Shown: positions 26,331 through 41,765 of the stretch, in pieces | Layout of the letters: the number at the start of each line of letters is the position of its first letter | How positions within the stretch are numbered: position 1 is the first letter of the stretch | NCBI GenBank assembly: GCA_964016885.1 | Contig: OZ024740.1 | Span: forward strand, 231,880,001-231,944,000 | Reading direction: 5' to 3' | Length of the DNA stretch: 64,000 nt | Source of the DNA: Eledone cirrhosa | Lineage: Eukaryota | Translations under genes and position numbers: made by a program | The notes under the pieces: model-generated | Databases searched by the model: none | What the model saw: the letters and a program-made list of their open reading frames with translations, nothing else | What the model was told of the DNA's origin: nothing

Positions 26331-26719
26331 GTGTGTGTGTGCCTGTGTGTGTGTGTGTGTGTGTGTGTGTAGAAGGTTACGTTATCAAAATATATTTAAT
26401 ATATATAATGACTATGCTTCTCAATGGTTCAAATTTAAAAGATATATTTAGAGAGAATGAAACAGTCGAATATCATTTGAGAAACAAATCGCATTTTATA
26501 CACATATATACTAATGATATTCAAGAAAAATACATATTTTAAGGTGAAAAAGACCAAGACAAAAGGAAAATCGATCTAAGCAATCGACTATCGTTTACCA
26601 ACTATCGATTCGGGTAAAGCCAACGGAAGACAAGGGACTAATTATCAGAAGAAATGGTCTTTACATATATGCCACACTATACAAAATACCTTTATATCTG
26701 TTGAGAGAAGAGAGAGTCT

Positions 26720-27030
26720 AGTACCAGTCGCTCTCCGACAGGTTAGTGGTCGTGCCCTTGGCAGTGGAGACTTCTGGTGTCCTTGGTCCAAGGGCTACCT
26801 CCCTATTCACCACCATAAGCGCTGAGCTGGCCAGGTGTGAGCCTCGCGAGTTGGAATGGCTCTTCCAGCGCATCTCCCTTACCATCCTCCGGGGAAACGC
26901 CTTCTCCATTCTGTCCACCCGAGCTGTGGGGAGGCCAGCACGCGGGAACCCATTTGCTCACTATACGGAGAGATGGGGAGGGCGAGAGAGATGGAGGTGA
27001 TGACAGTGGGAGTTCGGCTCTTCCACGTTC
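26720..27030 (+). mobile_element. CRE-like LINE 3' fragment
   Basis: VVPLAVETSGVLGPRA...WLFQRISLTILRGNAFSIL; same family as 12405-13050. Confidence 0.8.
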
Positions 27031-28189
27031 GGACCATATCCTTGTAGATGTGTTCATTAAGCAGTTAATGAGTCTGTTTATGTATAGAATCAATTTTCCA
27101 TTGTCTTCATTAGTCAACTTCTCTCCATATTGACATTAATTAAGAAATATATCTTGTTTTATTTTTTAATTACAGTCTCAAGTCAAAATAAGAGTTCTGT
27201 TAAATGCAAGACAAAATTCCTTAACATTGTGTATTGTTGCTCAAAGTTTATTAATTTGTCGAGTTGATTCAACTGTCACCGATATTTCGCTATACTTTCT
27301 AACCGATAAGACGTCCAGTCCTGTTTATATCTACCCTCGCCATTAAACGTTTTGTGTACAAAATACTATGTTTCTCAAAAGATATATGACACTTTTTCTC
27401 TCTCTAAATATATCTTTTAAATTTGAATTATGTATATATGTGTGTGTATGTGTATATGTGTGTTTGTGTGTGTGTGTGTTTGTGTGTGTACATACATACA
27501 TACATACATACATACATACATACATACATACACACACACATACATACATGCATACATACATACATACATACATACATACATACATACATACATACATACA
27601 TACATACATACATACATACATACATACATACATACAACTGGCTTTACCTCGATTGATATATCTCGTAGTCACGTTACCCATCAACATCAAATATATTATT
27701 TTTTTCATTATCGTTAAATTAAGATTGGAAGCTGAACTCAGATTGAAACAAAGAGAAATCTGCAGATTTTAAATGTGAGAACTAAGCTCCTTACATTTCT
27801 GTTTCTTTTCGTTTCAAATAGAATATTTTAAATTATTCTCAGCGTCATTAGAGTCACAAATGACTTGAGGAGATTAGGAACTAAACAAACATAAGGTGGT
27901 TAACATCCTGACGTCGGCAAGTTGCCATCAACAGATTACATCACAGGAGCTTATTTGCTGTAATTATAGTACCTGACAAAATGCTCTCAAGCTACAATTT
28001 CATCGGATCTCAGATTTGTGTTACCACTCCAGTGTTTGTTGTTATATTGTTGTAAGCTCGACCCATTTCAGGGGCATCCACACAAAAACAAAATTTTTGG
28101 AGAGATAGCGCGAAAAAACAATTGGGTACTGCTAAGTCACGATATAGTACCTGATACAAATCCAAACGAAAAACTTGTAACAATCTCAG

Positions 28190-30410
28190 TATTAATAGAA
28201 TTTCAACACAAAACGCAATAGCATAGATGTGGTGGCCATCACTAAGAACAAAATGTCTGAGGCATAAACGTTCGCATCCATTTTTGGCGGTTACGTGGTG
28301 TACGCATCTGCAAGCCGTCTGGGATCACAACGGAGTCACTGAGCTGTTTCGGAAAGGCCTGGATCTCGTGATACAGACCATCTTTCTGGACCCAGAAGCT
28401 AAATCAGTAGTGCTGGGCATGAACAGCCTGACTTCCTAGGAACGTCGGCTCTTTAATATTAATGGAAGATTTGACTGAGATCTTGGATGCACGCTGGGAT
28501 TCTTGGGACTAGCGGGTAGGGGAGGAGAGTGTAAAAGCCTCGCAAACCGGCTCAGACGTTTCCAACTGTCTAAGAGGTACCGACTAGATTTCCTGAATGT
28601 GTTAATGTGAACATGGACAAACCGCACCACGTCATCCAGATTGTATATATAGAGAGTATTTTGTAAGGAAATAGATAGTTCTAGCATAGGTTGCCCACAA
28701 TTCTTAATCTCTGTGGTCAACTTAGATAGGCTTCATAGACAGGGACCCGGCTACTGGAAGCTGAACGCGTCGCTCATGCGCGCAAAGCCTACAGAGACAG
28801 GATTGGTGAATTATTTAAGCGGGTTTTGACGGGAGAATTCGTCAACAGCAAATAGTAGTTCACCCCGAAAAGGGCGATTAGAATAGAGTCAATTTGTTTC
28901 AGGAAGGCTTTAGCAATAGAACAAAATAGAGTAAAGGGAGAACTAGATAGAAAATTAGACGACGCGCTTAGTAAAGACATCGTGACCGACGCGCTTGCAG
29001 CGAGATTGACCCTCGACCAATTCTTCAACGCAAAGCACGAAGGTGGGTTGTCAGATAAGGTTCGTGCTCTCAGACATGAGGGAATGAGGGGCCCGAGTGG
29101 CGGAGATGCGTCATGGCAGCAAACCCACGATATGGTCTTTGGGGCATCACAACAGGCGCATGTTACTCGATGCCGGGCGAATGTGTGCGGCTTTTCAGGG
29201 GCACTTTACTCAGATGGTAGGCGGCAGCCGCTGGCCAGATCGTGGGATGGAGTTTAGTGCCTACCTCGATGGTCTTCCGCGGCTATCAGCCACTAAGGCA
29301 GAGTGTTTCGAAAACCGATAACAGCTGCTGAAGTACGGGAGGCAATGACTGACTGCACGATGAGAAAATCGCCTGGTTTGGATGATCTGCTCTACATATA
29401 CATGCCAGACTTGGACGTCTACTACAAATCGCAGCAGAACGGGAGAATTCCCAGCTCAGTGATCCCAGGAGCGGTGGTTCTGCTGAGAAAGGACCCGAAC
29501 AAGGGGCTCAACATATATACTTTCTGATTTGGTATGGACCTACAGACGAACAGAAAATGGGATGAGGTGAGGAGCAAGGTGGCTTTCTCTCACCCAGAAA
29601 TCGGCCGAGAGGAAGCTATCCCTGAAATGTCTGGTGGAGGTGGTGAACGAATACATCGCGTCCGTCATCTACTACCACCTGACTATCGTGTTTGTATTAA
29701 ACCTCACCTGACTGCACTGGAGCGTTTGCTCTTTTTGTGGAAGGGACGCGCTCTGATGGTGAGGCGGTCCATTTTCTATGAACACCCGCTAAGTCGAGGG
29801 CTGGGCATGCTCTGGCTGATGATGCGCAGAAATGCGCTGAGGCTACAGCGTCTCCAGCTCTTCCTTGATGGTGAACATACATGGTTGCCGTTTGAAACAC
29901 AATTTTTTCCCCCAGCTCATCTCCTTGGTAGAGCTGCAGTCATGGGTCAAGCGAAGGCCGAGAGGGACCACCTCGAGACTGGAATATCTTCAGGCGCTTA
30001 CAGTCCTTAGCCAATCTGGCACTGCAATCGGTGGAAACTTCACCTTGGTGTTCTATAGAGGGTTAGCGGAAGACAAGAGCGACGACGTCCTTGGGGAGAC
30101 CCTGGGCGTCGATGAAAACCAACTAGCCAATCTCTTCGGGAGAACTTTGGGGCCGAGGCCCATGGACAACTTCCAGAAATCCCTGACCTGGCAGTACTAC
30201 CGATGAGCTTTGCCAGTTCGGGATAAATTCTACAAGCATGGAAGTGCCATCAGCCCGACCTATCCGAGATGCCCGTAGAGCGACGAAACCGTCCTGTGCG
30301 CATTCGTCTAATGCCCGAGAATTGCTGGCTTGCGGGTTTATGTTGAACAACTTCTGTTGCGTGTAGGACGGATCCGGCTATCACCTGAGTCCACCGTGAG
30401 CAACCCCGGA
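28190..30410 (+). mobile_element. Tx1/L1-clade LINE ORF2 remnant, heavily degenerate
   Basis: GPGYWKLNASL at ~28744, PITAAEVREAM...KSPGLD, LLRKDPNKG, HPLSRGLGML; multiple stops and frameshifts. Confidence 0.75.
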
Positions 30411-30796
30411 TCAACAGCAGTAAATAAATTACTAGGGAAGATGGAGCATTGGGTGACACCGCTAGCTCCCAAATAAACTCTTGCAACCGGGTGATTTAGT
30501 TACTTGACGAGGCAAGTAAATGTCACCTCTAAAAAGCCTAGTCTTCGCGGGTTTGAGAATAATACTGAATTGGTGTCTGCCTTTATTGTTTCTGCTCATT
30601 GCACTATGAGCAGAAACAATAAAGGCAGTCATATATGTGTTTATGTGGTATGTGTGTATGTGTGTTTCTTCATCTCTCTTTGTATCTCTATCTCTTTATC
30701 ATTATAAATCTCATTCCCTCACATACACGCTGACACATATACTGATACATACAAAGACTCACACACAATCGTTCGCAAATTCATTATATATTATAA

Positions 30797-31513
30797 GGGC
30801 GGCGATTTGGCAGTATCGGTAGAGGGTTGGATGCCATGCTTTCTAGCATAGTTACGTCCTATTACGGTCTGAGTTCAAATCCGGTCGAGGTTAACTTTGC
30901 CTTTCATCCTTACGGGATCGATAAAATAAAGTACCAGCAATGTACTGGATAATTGCTGGCCTTGTGCCAAAAGTAGAAACAATTATTATAGGGAGGTGAA
31001 TTGGCAGTATCGGTAGAGGGTCGGACGCCATGCTTTGCAGCATAGTTAGGTCCCTTTACGGTCTAAGTTCAAATCCCGCTGAGGTTAACTTTGCCTTTCA
31101 TCCTTACGGGGTCGATAAAATAAAGTACCAGTAATGCACTGGGTAATTGCTGGCCTTGTGCCTAGAGTAGAAACAATTATTACATAGTTACGCCCCTTCA
31201 TGATCTGAGTTCAAATCCCGCCAAGGTTAACTTTGCCTTTCATCCTTACGGGGTCGATAAAATAAAGTACCAGTAATGCACTGGGTAAATTGCTGGCCTC
31301 GTGCTAAATGTAGAAACAATTATATATTATAAGGGTGATGGATTAGCAGTATTGGACGCCAATGTTTTGCAGCACAGAGTTACGGCACTTTAAGTTTTGA
31401 GTTCAAATCCCACCGAGGTTAAATTTGCCTTTCATTCTTACGGGGTCGATAAAATAAAGCACCAGTAATGCACTGGAATTAGAGCCGGCCTTGTGCCAAA
31501 AGTAGAAATAATT
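30797..31513 (+). mobile_element. Head-to-tail array of 4 Deu/Nin SINEs
   Basis: Four B-box plus Deu/Nin domain units. Confidence 0.9.
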
Positions 31514-31654
31514 ATTTATTTCAGGTTAGTTGCCCTTTTTTAGGTATTTTCGTACCACCGACTAGAATTGTCCTAGTACTGTCCTGTCCTAATCAGCTTT
31601 GTGTTATTGTGGCTAATAAAGAAGCGGTTATTGTATTTGTTGTTGATGTAGTAG

Positions 31655-31656
31655 TT

Positions 31657-31700
<44 letters not shown>

Positions 31701-31865
31701 TGTTGTTGTTGTTGTTGTTGTTGTTGTTCTTCTTCTTCTTCTTCTTCTTCTTCTTCTTCTTCTTCTTCTTCTTCTTCTTCTTCTTCTTCTTCTTCTTCTT
31801 CTTCTTCTTCTTTTTCTTCTTCTTCGGCAGCGCTGCTGCTTCTGCTGCTGCTTCTGCTGCTGCTG

Positions 31866-31932
<67 letters not shown>
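31655..31932. repeat. Compound trinucleotide microsatellite (GTC/GTT/CTT/CTG/CTA)
   Basis: Direct reading. Confidence 0.95.
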
Positions 31933-31938
<6 letters not shown>

Positions 31939-32400
31939 AAATTCCTGCTCTTTTTTTTTCTTTGTCTTTCTATCTATTTATTTATTTTCTATTTTTCTTT
32001 CTCTAGTCCCTTATTGTCGTTCTTCCTTTTCAGCACTATCTCTAACTCATGCTCTCTCTGTTTCTCCCCCCTCTCTCTCTCTCTGTTTCTCTCTCACACC
32101 TCCCTCTCTCACTATATATATATCTCTCTCTGTTTCTGACTCCCCCCCCCTCTCTCTCTCTCTCTCTTCTCTCTCTTTCTCTCTCTCGCTTACCTCTCTC
32201 TCTCTCTCTCTCTCTGTTTCTGTCTCTAACTCTCACCTCTCCCCCTCCCCTTCTCTCTCTGTTTTCTTCCCATTCTCTCACTTACATGCATTTATCTCTT
32301 CTCTTTCTTTCGTTTCCTTTCTATTTTTCTTCACACACTTCCTTCTCTCATTTTCCTTTTGTCAAAACATTTTCTCTTTCTCTCCCTTTAAACATAATCG

Positions 32401-32488
<88 letters not shown>

Positions 32489-32652
32489 CTTTCAACTCGT
32501 ATTTTCTTTTATTCTCTCCTTTTCTCTTTTCTCTCCTATTTGTTTCTTCTCTTTCACAATCTCCTTTTCTGAATCTTACATTTTTTTCTCTAAACTATTT
32601 TTTTCTCTCTCAACCACACCACACACAGAAATATCCACACAGACACACGTAC

Positions 32653-32683
<31 letters not shown>

Positions 32684-33789
32684 GGTCTGTGTGTGTGTGG
32701 CTGTGTGTGTGTGGCTCTGTGTGAGTTGCTGTATGTATGTGTGTGTCTGTGTGAGTGGCAGTGTGTTTGTGCGTATGTGTGTGGCTGTGTATGTGCGAGT
32801 GGCTGTGTTTGTGTATGTGTGTGTCTGTGTGAGTGGATGTGTGTGTGTGTGTGTGTGTCTGTGTGAATGGCTGTGTATATGTGTGTGTGTGAATGTGTAT
32901 GTGTGTTTGTGTGGCTGTGTGTGTGAGTGGCTGTGTATGTATAATTGGCTGTGTGTGTATGTGTGTGTGTATGTGTGTGGCTCTGTAAGTGTGTGTATGT
33001 GTGTGAATGTGTATGTGGCTCTGTGCATGCATGCGTGTGTGTGTGTGTGTGTTTATGTGTGTGTGTGTGTGTGTGTATGTATGTGTGCATTACACATTCG
33101 AAGGAGAAAGCATGCAAGAATAGCAACAGAAATAAACAGAACAAGCAAGACAAGATAAAAACTACCAAAAATTGTGAAAACTCAACAGCGACAACATAGA
33201 GGGAAAGGCTGAAGTCACATGACCCTTTTCCTCTTCACTAGACACGAATCACCACCCTTTCTATTGCATCATTTTCAAAGAGTCCTAACACAGATAAACA
33301 CTAATTCAACCCTCTGCTGAGAGATTAAATGTGTCTAAGGTGAGTTTCCGTTGGATTTTATTCAGTTGCATCCTCTCTTTAGTGTCATTGTACCTGTTGT
33401 TATTGTTAGTACCAGTAATGTACTGGGTATTTTTCTGGCCTTCTGCCAAAAGCAGAAACAGTTATTGTTAGTTATAGCTTCAGTTCTCTGCTGATGGTTC
33501 ATTGTGCAAGCTCTCACTATTTTTTACTCTAATTGCATGTGAATTCTTAACTGATTTAATCCGATAATTGTCATAATATGAAATAAGTTCCTTTTACCCG
33601 TAAGTCGACCATCACTAAATTGGATGGATTTGGATTTTACTTATTTTACAATTTACTGTAAACATCAAATGGACAGAGTTATTAGAAAGTCGGATAGAAT
33701 ACTATTCGATATTCTCTCCAGCTCTCTGCTACTGATTTCAAATTCAGCCGAGATCTAATTTGACTGGAATCGATTCTTCTTTTAAATAA

Positions 33790-33880
<91 letters not shown>

Positions 33881-34046
33881 GATTTTTAATGCGATGAAAT
33901 ATCAATGATGGTTGGCAAATCACTGACGAAGGACTATTTTTATAATATGTAACCCATGTGCAACCAGTATTCTTCTTTCTTCTCATGTTTTATATATATA
34001 TATATATATATCTTTCTCTCTCTCTTTCTCTTTCTTTCTTTCTCAG

Positions 34047-34118
<72 letters not shown>

Positions 34119-34394
34119 ATTCCTTTCTCATTCTCTATTTCCTGGGAAGAAATGTGTGGCCCTCGGACCTAGAGATGATGGGTCCGTCTGGCTAAATGCT
34201 CATGATACGCCGTATATCTCTACTGCAACCCTACAACTCCAACGGAGTTAAGGGTCCATAGACATGTTGCTAATTACAGTATTGTGCAAATATCTACTCT
34301 CAGCACCAAAAACTCATTTTCCTGGGTGTAACCTGTTTCAGAATGCCCATTATATGCCATAGTATTACAGATTTTATTAATTGTTAATTCACTT

Positions 34395-34563
34395 GGGTGG
34401 TGGATTGGCAGTATCGGTCAAGCGTCAAATCCCGCCGAGGTTAACTTTGTCTTTCCTCATTACAGGGTCGATAAAATAAAGTACCAGTCACGCACTGGGG
34501 CCGATTTAATCGACTTTCCCCGTCCCTGAAATTGCTGGCCTTGTGCCTATATAAGAAACCATT
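34395..34563 (+). mobile_element. Deu/Nin SINE, internally deleted
   Basis: A-box start and Deu/Nin domain. Confidence 0.75.
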
Positions 34564-35007
34564 AATTGTTAACTCACGTAAGATAATCAATAGCTTTTCC
34601 TTAAATATCTCCAGAGTTTTACACTATTCTTCACAGCTTTTACACTGTTGGTTACCTGTTGTATAATATTTTGTCACTTTAAGAAACAAGTTAAATATCT
34701 ACGAGCTTTTTTCAAGTAACTCAGATTATTGTATATTCTTCAGTGTTAAGTTCCACACGATCTGTGCTAGGAAATTAAATGCCCGAATTTCATCCTTTCA
34801 TGATCGACAATATAAGAATCATTCGTATTAAATTGGTCAACCGAATCCTTCTCTTACAAATATACAAACTTTGTAATACATGTGTTGCGAACGGTAGATA
34901 GCATAAACAATTGAAAAGACCAATGAAAACATTGTTACCTTGGTCCGATCTAACAATTTCCGCCCCACTTGGTAAGCAAGCGTGGTCTAGAATCTTATCG
35001 AATCGAT

Positions 35008-35134
<127 letters not shown>

Positions 35135-35347
35135 TGTGTATGCCGCGTTCAATTGGCGATAGCCACAATAAGTAAGGTATTCAATACATAGCTGAGAATA
35201 AATATTTAATATAGAAATGGCTTCTACAAGACTAGAACTGTTTCATTCGAAGGAAATCATCAAGCCATTTCTAAATTATATATATATATATAGTGCAAAT
35301 TTATACGGGAACAAAACAGAGAGACAGACAAATAAAGGTTTATTAGG

Positions 35348-35650
<303 letters not shown>

Positions 35651-35959
35651 TCTATATATATTGTTGAACGCAAACTCGAATCTAAAATGTTCTACTAGTA
35701 TGTGAGACCATTAATAAAATTCCTTAATTATTTTGTAGAAACTGTCCGTTTATTAAGACTAGATAGATAATGACCTGCTAGGAATATATTTTGTGTACTT
35801 AATTTTTAGAATCCCATTAAAGTTCATAGGCATTTTCTTTCTCCTGTAATTTTAGGATTATAAAATCCTAAAACGCTCACTATCAGGCGGGCAATACTAA
35901 TTCAGCAACAAGGCTCGTAGACTGTAGCCACGTGATCGTTCACTGTAACTATACTAACA

Positions 35960-36175
35960 ATAATGGTTTCTAATTTAGGCACATGGCCAACAATGTTTGG
36001 GGGAGGGGAAGTCAATTAAATCGACCACAGTGCGTTACTGGTACTTTATTTTACTGACCTCGTAAGGGTGAAAGGCAAAGCTAACCTCGGCAGTATTTGA
36101 ACTCAGAACGTAAAGGGTCATAACTATATGCTGTAAGACGTCCGATGCTCTACCGATATTGCAAATCCACTGTCC
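35960..36175 (-). mobile_element. Deu/Nin SINE
   Basis: Reverse-complement A-box, B-box and domain. Confidence 0.8.
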
Positions 36176-36317
36176 TCTAACTATACTAAAATACTCACAC
36201 CCACAAAAAACATACTGGTCTGGGACGACGTCGAGCTAAACAACAAACTCGAATCAAACACGTTAACTTTCTTTTTGACGAAATGTACATCATTTGTTTT
36301 TTATTATTACATAGTTA

Positions 36318-37290
36318 AGGGCGGTATTTTGGCAGTATCGGTAGAGGGTCGGACGCCATGCTTTGAAGCATAGAGTTACGTCCCTTTACGATCTGAGTTC
36401 AAATCCCGCCGAGGTTGACTTTGCCTTTCATCCTTACGGGGTCGATAAAATAAAGTACCAGTAATGCACTGGGTAATTGCTGGCCTTGTGCCTAGAGTAG
36501 AAACAATTATTACATAGTTACGCCCCTTCATGATCTGAGTTCAAATCCCGCCAAGGTTAACTTTGCCTTTCATCCTTACGGGGTCGATAAAATAAAGTAC
36601 CAGTAATGTACTGGGTAATTGCTGGCCTTGTGCCAAAAAGTAGAAACAATTATTACTCGTAACTTTAGGGTGGTTGATTGGCAGTATCGGTAGAGTATCG
36701 GAAAATATGCCGAGCCGCATAGAGTTACGAGCCTTTACGTTCTGAGTTCAAATCCCGCCAAGGTTAACTTTGCCTTTCATGCTTACGGGGATAAATTACC
36801 AGTCACGCACTGGGGCCGATTTAATCGATTCTCCCCTCCCCCAATTTACTGGCCTTGTGCCTATATAAGAAACCATTATTACTCTAATGCACTGGGTAAT
36901 TGCTGGCCTTGTGCCTAAAGTAGAAACAATTATTACTCGTAGCTCTAGGGTGGTGGATTGGCAGTTTCGGTAGAGGGCTGGACGCCATGCTTTGTAGCAT
37001 AGAGTTACCCCCTTTACTGTCTGAGTTCAAATCCCACCGAGGTTAACTTTGCCTTTCTTTACTTACGGGGTCGTTAAAATAAAGCACCAGTAATGCATTG
37101 GGATCGATTTAATCGATCTCCTTAAAAATAATTGCTGGCCTTGTGCCTAAAGTAGAAACAATTATTACTCGTAATTTTCAATACGCCGAGGTTAACTTTG
37201 CCTTTCATCCTTACGGGGTCGATAAAATAAAGTACCAGTAATGCACTGGGATAATTGCAGGCCTTGTGCCAAAAGTAGAAACATTATTAC
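36318..37290 (+). mobile_element. Head-to-tail array of ~6 full or partial Deu/Nin SINEs
   Basis: Repeated units separated by a TTATTACTCGTAA-like spacer. Confidence 0.9.
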
Positions 37291-38299
37291 TCGTAATTTT
37301 ACGATATGCCATCTCCATATTTTTCCCGGTTCTGGTAGATATCACTCCCAAATGATGCAAGGTTACTAATAAGGATAATCACTGGTGTTGTTGAAGATAT
37401 TTCCTATATTTTCCCACATGGCATTAGTAGAAGCAAAGTGAGAAAAAGTAGATTTCGCCTGTTACTACTTCAGTTTACAACTTCTGATTTGAAGTTTATC
37501 TGGAATAGAAGGAAGAATGCATGTTCTTCATTCTGATATAATAAATAGCAGCAAAAACCTCTGAGAGGGTTGCCAGAGTTAAACTGTATTTGTATCGTGC
37601 ATGGGTTTTATTCAGATGTTTTTAGGACAGTTATTCCCAGTCTTTTATCTATCAAGGCCCTTTATTACTTAAATGAAGCTTCCAATAGACATCTGTTACA
37701 ATAAATCACCTTCCTGATTGTCATATGGAGAGAACAAGAAGAAAGGGATAGATTTGTTGAAACTTAGAAAGAAACAGATACTCAGTAGTGTGTGTATATT
37801 TTGTTTTTAACAAATAAATAACATTTTGAATTTAGCGGACAAAACCCCCATGTAAAGGTACTCCTGAGTTGGAAATGTTGATCAATGGCAACTTCCACGA
37901 TTTTAAAAATTCCTCCTTTTGTTAATAATAATGAAATTAGATTTGAGGGCGATTATTTCCGAGGGTGGAGTCTGTTGACTAATCAGAAGCTACCGTATTT
38001 TCTTGAATATAGACGTGTCCTTGGCGCACATTTAGCGTGAAAACTCATTTTAATATATATTTACAAAATCTCATAATTAATCTAGGAGAGAATCTAAATA
38101 TATCTATATGTACATGTGTCGAACGGATTTCTTTTAAAATATAACATTTTTTGAAAATATGAAAAAAGACAAATAATTTCAAAAACCTTCAGAATTGTCT
38201 TGAATATGTAAACTATATAAGTATAACCGGTTTAGTTGGGTTGTTCCGCCTGTCTGATTTGTTGATGTGACAAATAGTAAGACGTAAGTAATTCGGGAA

Positions 38300-39420
38300 A
38301 TATAATAATTATTCTTTTAATTGGCCACAAGGGCCAAAACATAAAGGACGATAAAAAAGCAGGAGAGTGAGGATTTACATAAAACGTGTTAAAAGGAAAA
38401 ACAGAAAACAATCAACAATAAATGAATAACAACAGAATCCTTCAATAGTGGTGAGTGCCACTGAGGAATGATTCAAGAAACCCACAAATCTAGGAAGGTA
38501 CCCTCTGTTTTCTCGGAACTTTCCAATCCGCAGGCGCATGCTCAGAGTTGCCCATTCACTGGAGCCATCCTCGAGGCATTCACCCTTCTCTTAACAAATG
38601 TACTGGAGTACAGCACTTCCCACACCACACTCCCGTTCCTTTCCCAGTGGAACTTGAAAAGGGGGATAAGGGTTTAGCTGAAAAAGAAAGTGTCTGTTTC
38701 AGTCGCGTCCACCACACAAATCTCTTTCGATACTCCCACCAGATAGAGGAAAACTGCATGTCCTTCCCAGCCCAGAGAAGGCTGGGGGGGGGGGGGCTCT
38801 TTACTGTGGAGTCGGCTGAGAGCCAGATATGTCCTCCACGTGACAATAGTTGTTCGACAAAACTCCACAAGTCAGCAATACCCGGATACTGGACGAATGC
38901 AGGCAGAACCGTTTCGTCGCTCTGTGCTCATCTCGGTGACGCCATCTGACCGTATTTCCATGCCCGTAGCGTTTGTCACAAACCGACCGACAGTGCTCCC
39001 CGGTAGCACTGATATGTCAGGAATTTGGAATTTGGAAAATATTCATATTCCAGGGACCGAAAGTTCTTCATGACAGACTGGTTAGTTCGTTCTCATCGAC
39101 ATCTAGAGCCTGATTAAAAGTGTCGTCGCTTTTGCCCACCATTAATCCGATAGTGGAGTTTACACTGACCACCTTGACCGATTGGTAGATGGCTGTGAGC
39201 GCCTGACAACATTCGCTTGACCCCCGACTACAGCTCAATCAAAGAAATGAACTGCGGAAGCACGTACTTGACAAACGACAACCACACTTGATCACCGTTT
39301 AGAAATATCTGGAGATGATGTAGCCTCAACGCATGTTTGCGCATCATCATCCACAGAATACTCAGTCCCTCGCGTAAAGGGATAGCCAATTCTCGGCCCA
39401 TTTCTCGCCGCCTGGTCAAG
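38300..39420 (-). mobile_element. Tx1-like LINE 3' remnant
   Basis: GLSILWMMMRKHALRLHHLQIFLNGDQVW is homologous to 29800-29940; FVWWTRLK further downstream. Confidence 0.6.
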
Positions 39421-40424
39421 TTGTCCGGAGTCTAGGACAATGTTTTACAGAAGAATTTGGATAACGAAAGCTGGAAAGAGCACGTTGCCGCAGTTTATGG
39501 CTATAGACGTGTAACCCAACAGATCTGATCAGATAATAAAATTTCTTGATAAGATGCCAATGAAAGTTAGCATGTTTTCAATTGGTAAAATAAAATGTCG
39601 GATACCAGTTAACTATGTTTAAACTGAATGTTCGCAGTAAAGCGCCTCTTGCTGTGTTGTTGTTTTTTAGCCCTAGGTCAGTTATAATTGAAGATAACTA
39701 TGATTAAAGGTATTCAATACTTGAACATGTTGTATGTCTAGAACTATATTTTCAATAGTGTCCTTCTTGTTTAAAATTTTAGGGTGAGATTAGAAGCAAA
39801 TTTAATTGCTATTTCTTGTTACCACATCAAATTTCAGGCATTGGTCCGAGTCTGTTACTATGTCATTTGTGACATATATACTTTGTGAGAAACTTTCAAT
39901 ACATTAATCTATGAATTAGTTATTTAAGTCAATTGAAAATGAATAACGAATCAATGAATACAGATCATTGGTCACTGTGATAGCGCATTATCTGGTAACA
40001 CAACTAAGAACATAATAAGTATATTTTATCTTCATTGTTAAGTATAATACGTTTATAGAATGATTTATCATAATATTAGCGGTATCCTAATTATTTGCCC
40101 TACACAAATAGTAAATGCATTACAATTTCTTGGGTGAATTCTCATTTAACTCGCATCAATAACTTTAATAATTACTTTCTGTATTGATTTGTATTATTTA
40201 GCTTCTTTGCTAGTTAGTATCCATTGTCAAATATTACAATACTTTTACATTCTTCTTCTTGTGAGTTTAATATAAAAGAGACTCATCCTTTCTTTTTATC
40301 GATATTTCTTTTTGTATATTTAAAAAAAAATTTCTTTTGTATAATTTTTGTATATTTCGTTTTTGTATCTTGAAGAAAACAAGAAATATTCCTTTCCATA
40401 TCGTTTATACTACATTATATTAAG

Positions 40425-40618
40425 GAGGGCAGTGGATTGACAGTATCGATAGGGGGTCAGACGCCATGCTTTGCAGCAAAGAGTTACGGCCCTTTATGAT
40501 CTGAGTTCAAATCCCGCCGAGGTTAACTTTGCCTTTCATCCTTACGGAGTCGATAAAATAAAGCACCAGTAAGACACTGGGGTAATTGCTGGCCTTGTGC
40601 CAAAAGTAGAAACAATTA
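40425..40618 (+). mobile_element. Deu/Nin SINE with TSD TTATATTAAGGAG
   Basis: A/B boxes and domain; duplicated flank at ~40416 and ~40616. Confidence 0.85.
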
Positions 40619-40835
40619 TATTAAGGAGTCAACATGGATGAATTAATGGGGAGCTATCATAGTTGCTAAACCCTTTTTGACACCTTCATCCAAAGAACCA
40701 AAGAAATGTTACCTAAAGCGTAAATTGTATGAAAATACTCGCACGCTCATACACACACTCCCCCCCCCCCCCTCACACACACACACACACACACCGCGCA
40801 CCCACGCACACACACACACGCACCCACGCACGCAC

Positions 40836-40890
<55 letters not shown>

Positions 40891-41511
40891 CACACACACA
40901 CACATACACACTCACACACACACACAAACACACACATAACACACATACAAACAAAATATATGAACATAAATATTTCAAAAGAAGACCAGAAGATGATGAA
41001 AAGAAATTGTGAAGAATGAAAACAAATGAGAGGGAAATAATAAGGAAAAAAGAAGAAATATGATTAATTAGAGACCGAATGAGAGAAGAGAAAGTAGAAA
41101 TGAAAGAACGAATGGAAACAGATATACAGAATAATGGAGGAAGAAACATGGTGAAGAAAGAGAAGAAACAGTGAGAAATATGAGAAATACAAGCTTAAAT
41201 GTATAAAAGAAGGGAAGAAAAATCGAATGTAGAGGTAAGAAGGAGGTAAGAGTATTAGTATGAACAAGATTTGTGTATACTAAGAGAGATGTGGACAAAA
41301 CAAAATGGCGCTACAGACAAGCTGGTCATCTGATTTTTTTTATACATTAGTGTTAATTTATTAATGGATGACGTTAATGGACGACATTAAAATCTCAGGT
41401 GACAAGTACACTACAGAATCCATGATGGCACTTCAGTAAACAGAACCCTGATTAATCTATCAGCAACAGAACCAAAACAGAATCAGTTATTTTCCTATCT
41501 CTGGACTCTAT

Positions 41512-41603
<92 letters not shown>

Positions 41604-41700
41604 TAATAATATTGAACGACATATTGAATCGGATGAATCGTATCATTAGATTATCTTTAACAAATAAAAACTGAGTTGGAATCAAAAGTGAAAGTAAAAT

Positions 41701-41765
<65 letters not shown>

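Noticed and set aside
30797-31513. CRISPR-like or tRNA gene array
   Set aside because: Units are ~190-bp SINEs with A/B boxes; no cloverleaf, no short repeat-spacer pattern and no cas genes
37310-37780. Possible host exon or transposase remnant
   Set aside because: Stops in the frames I checked and no recognisable motif
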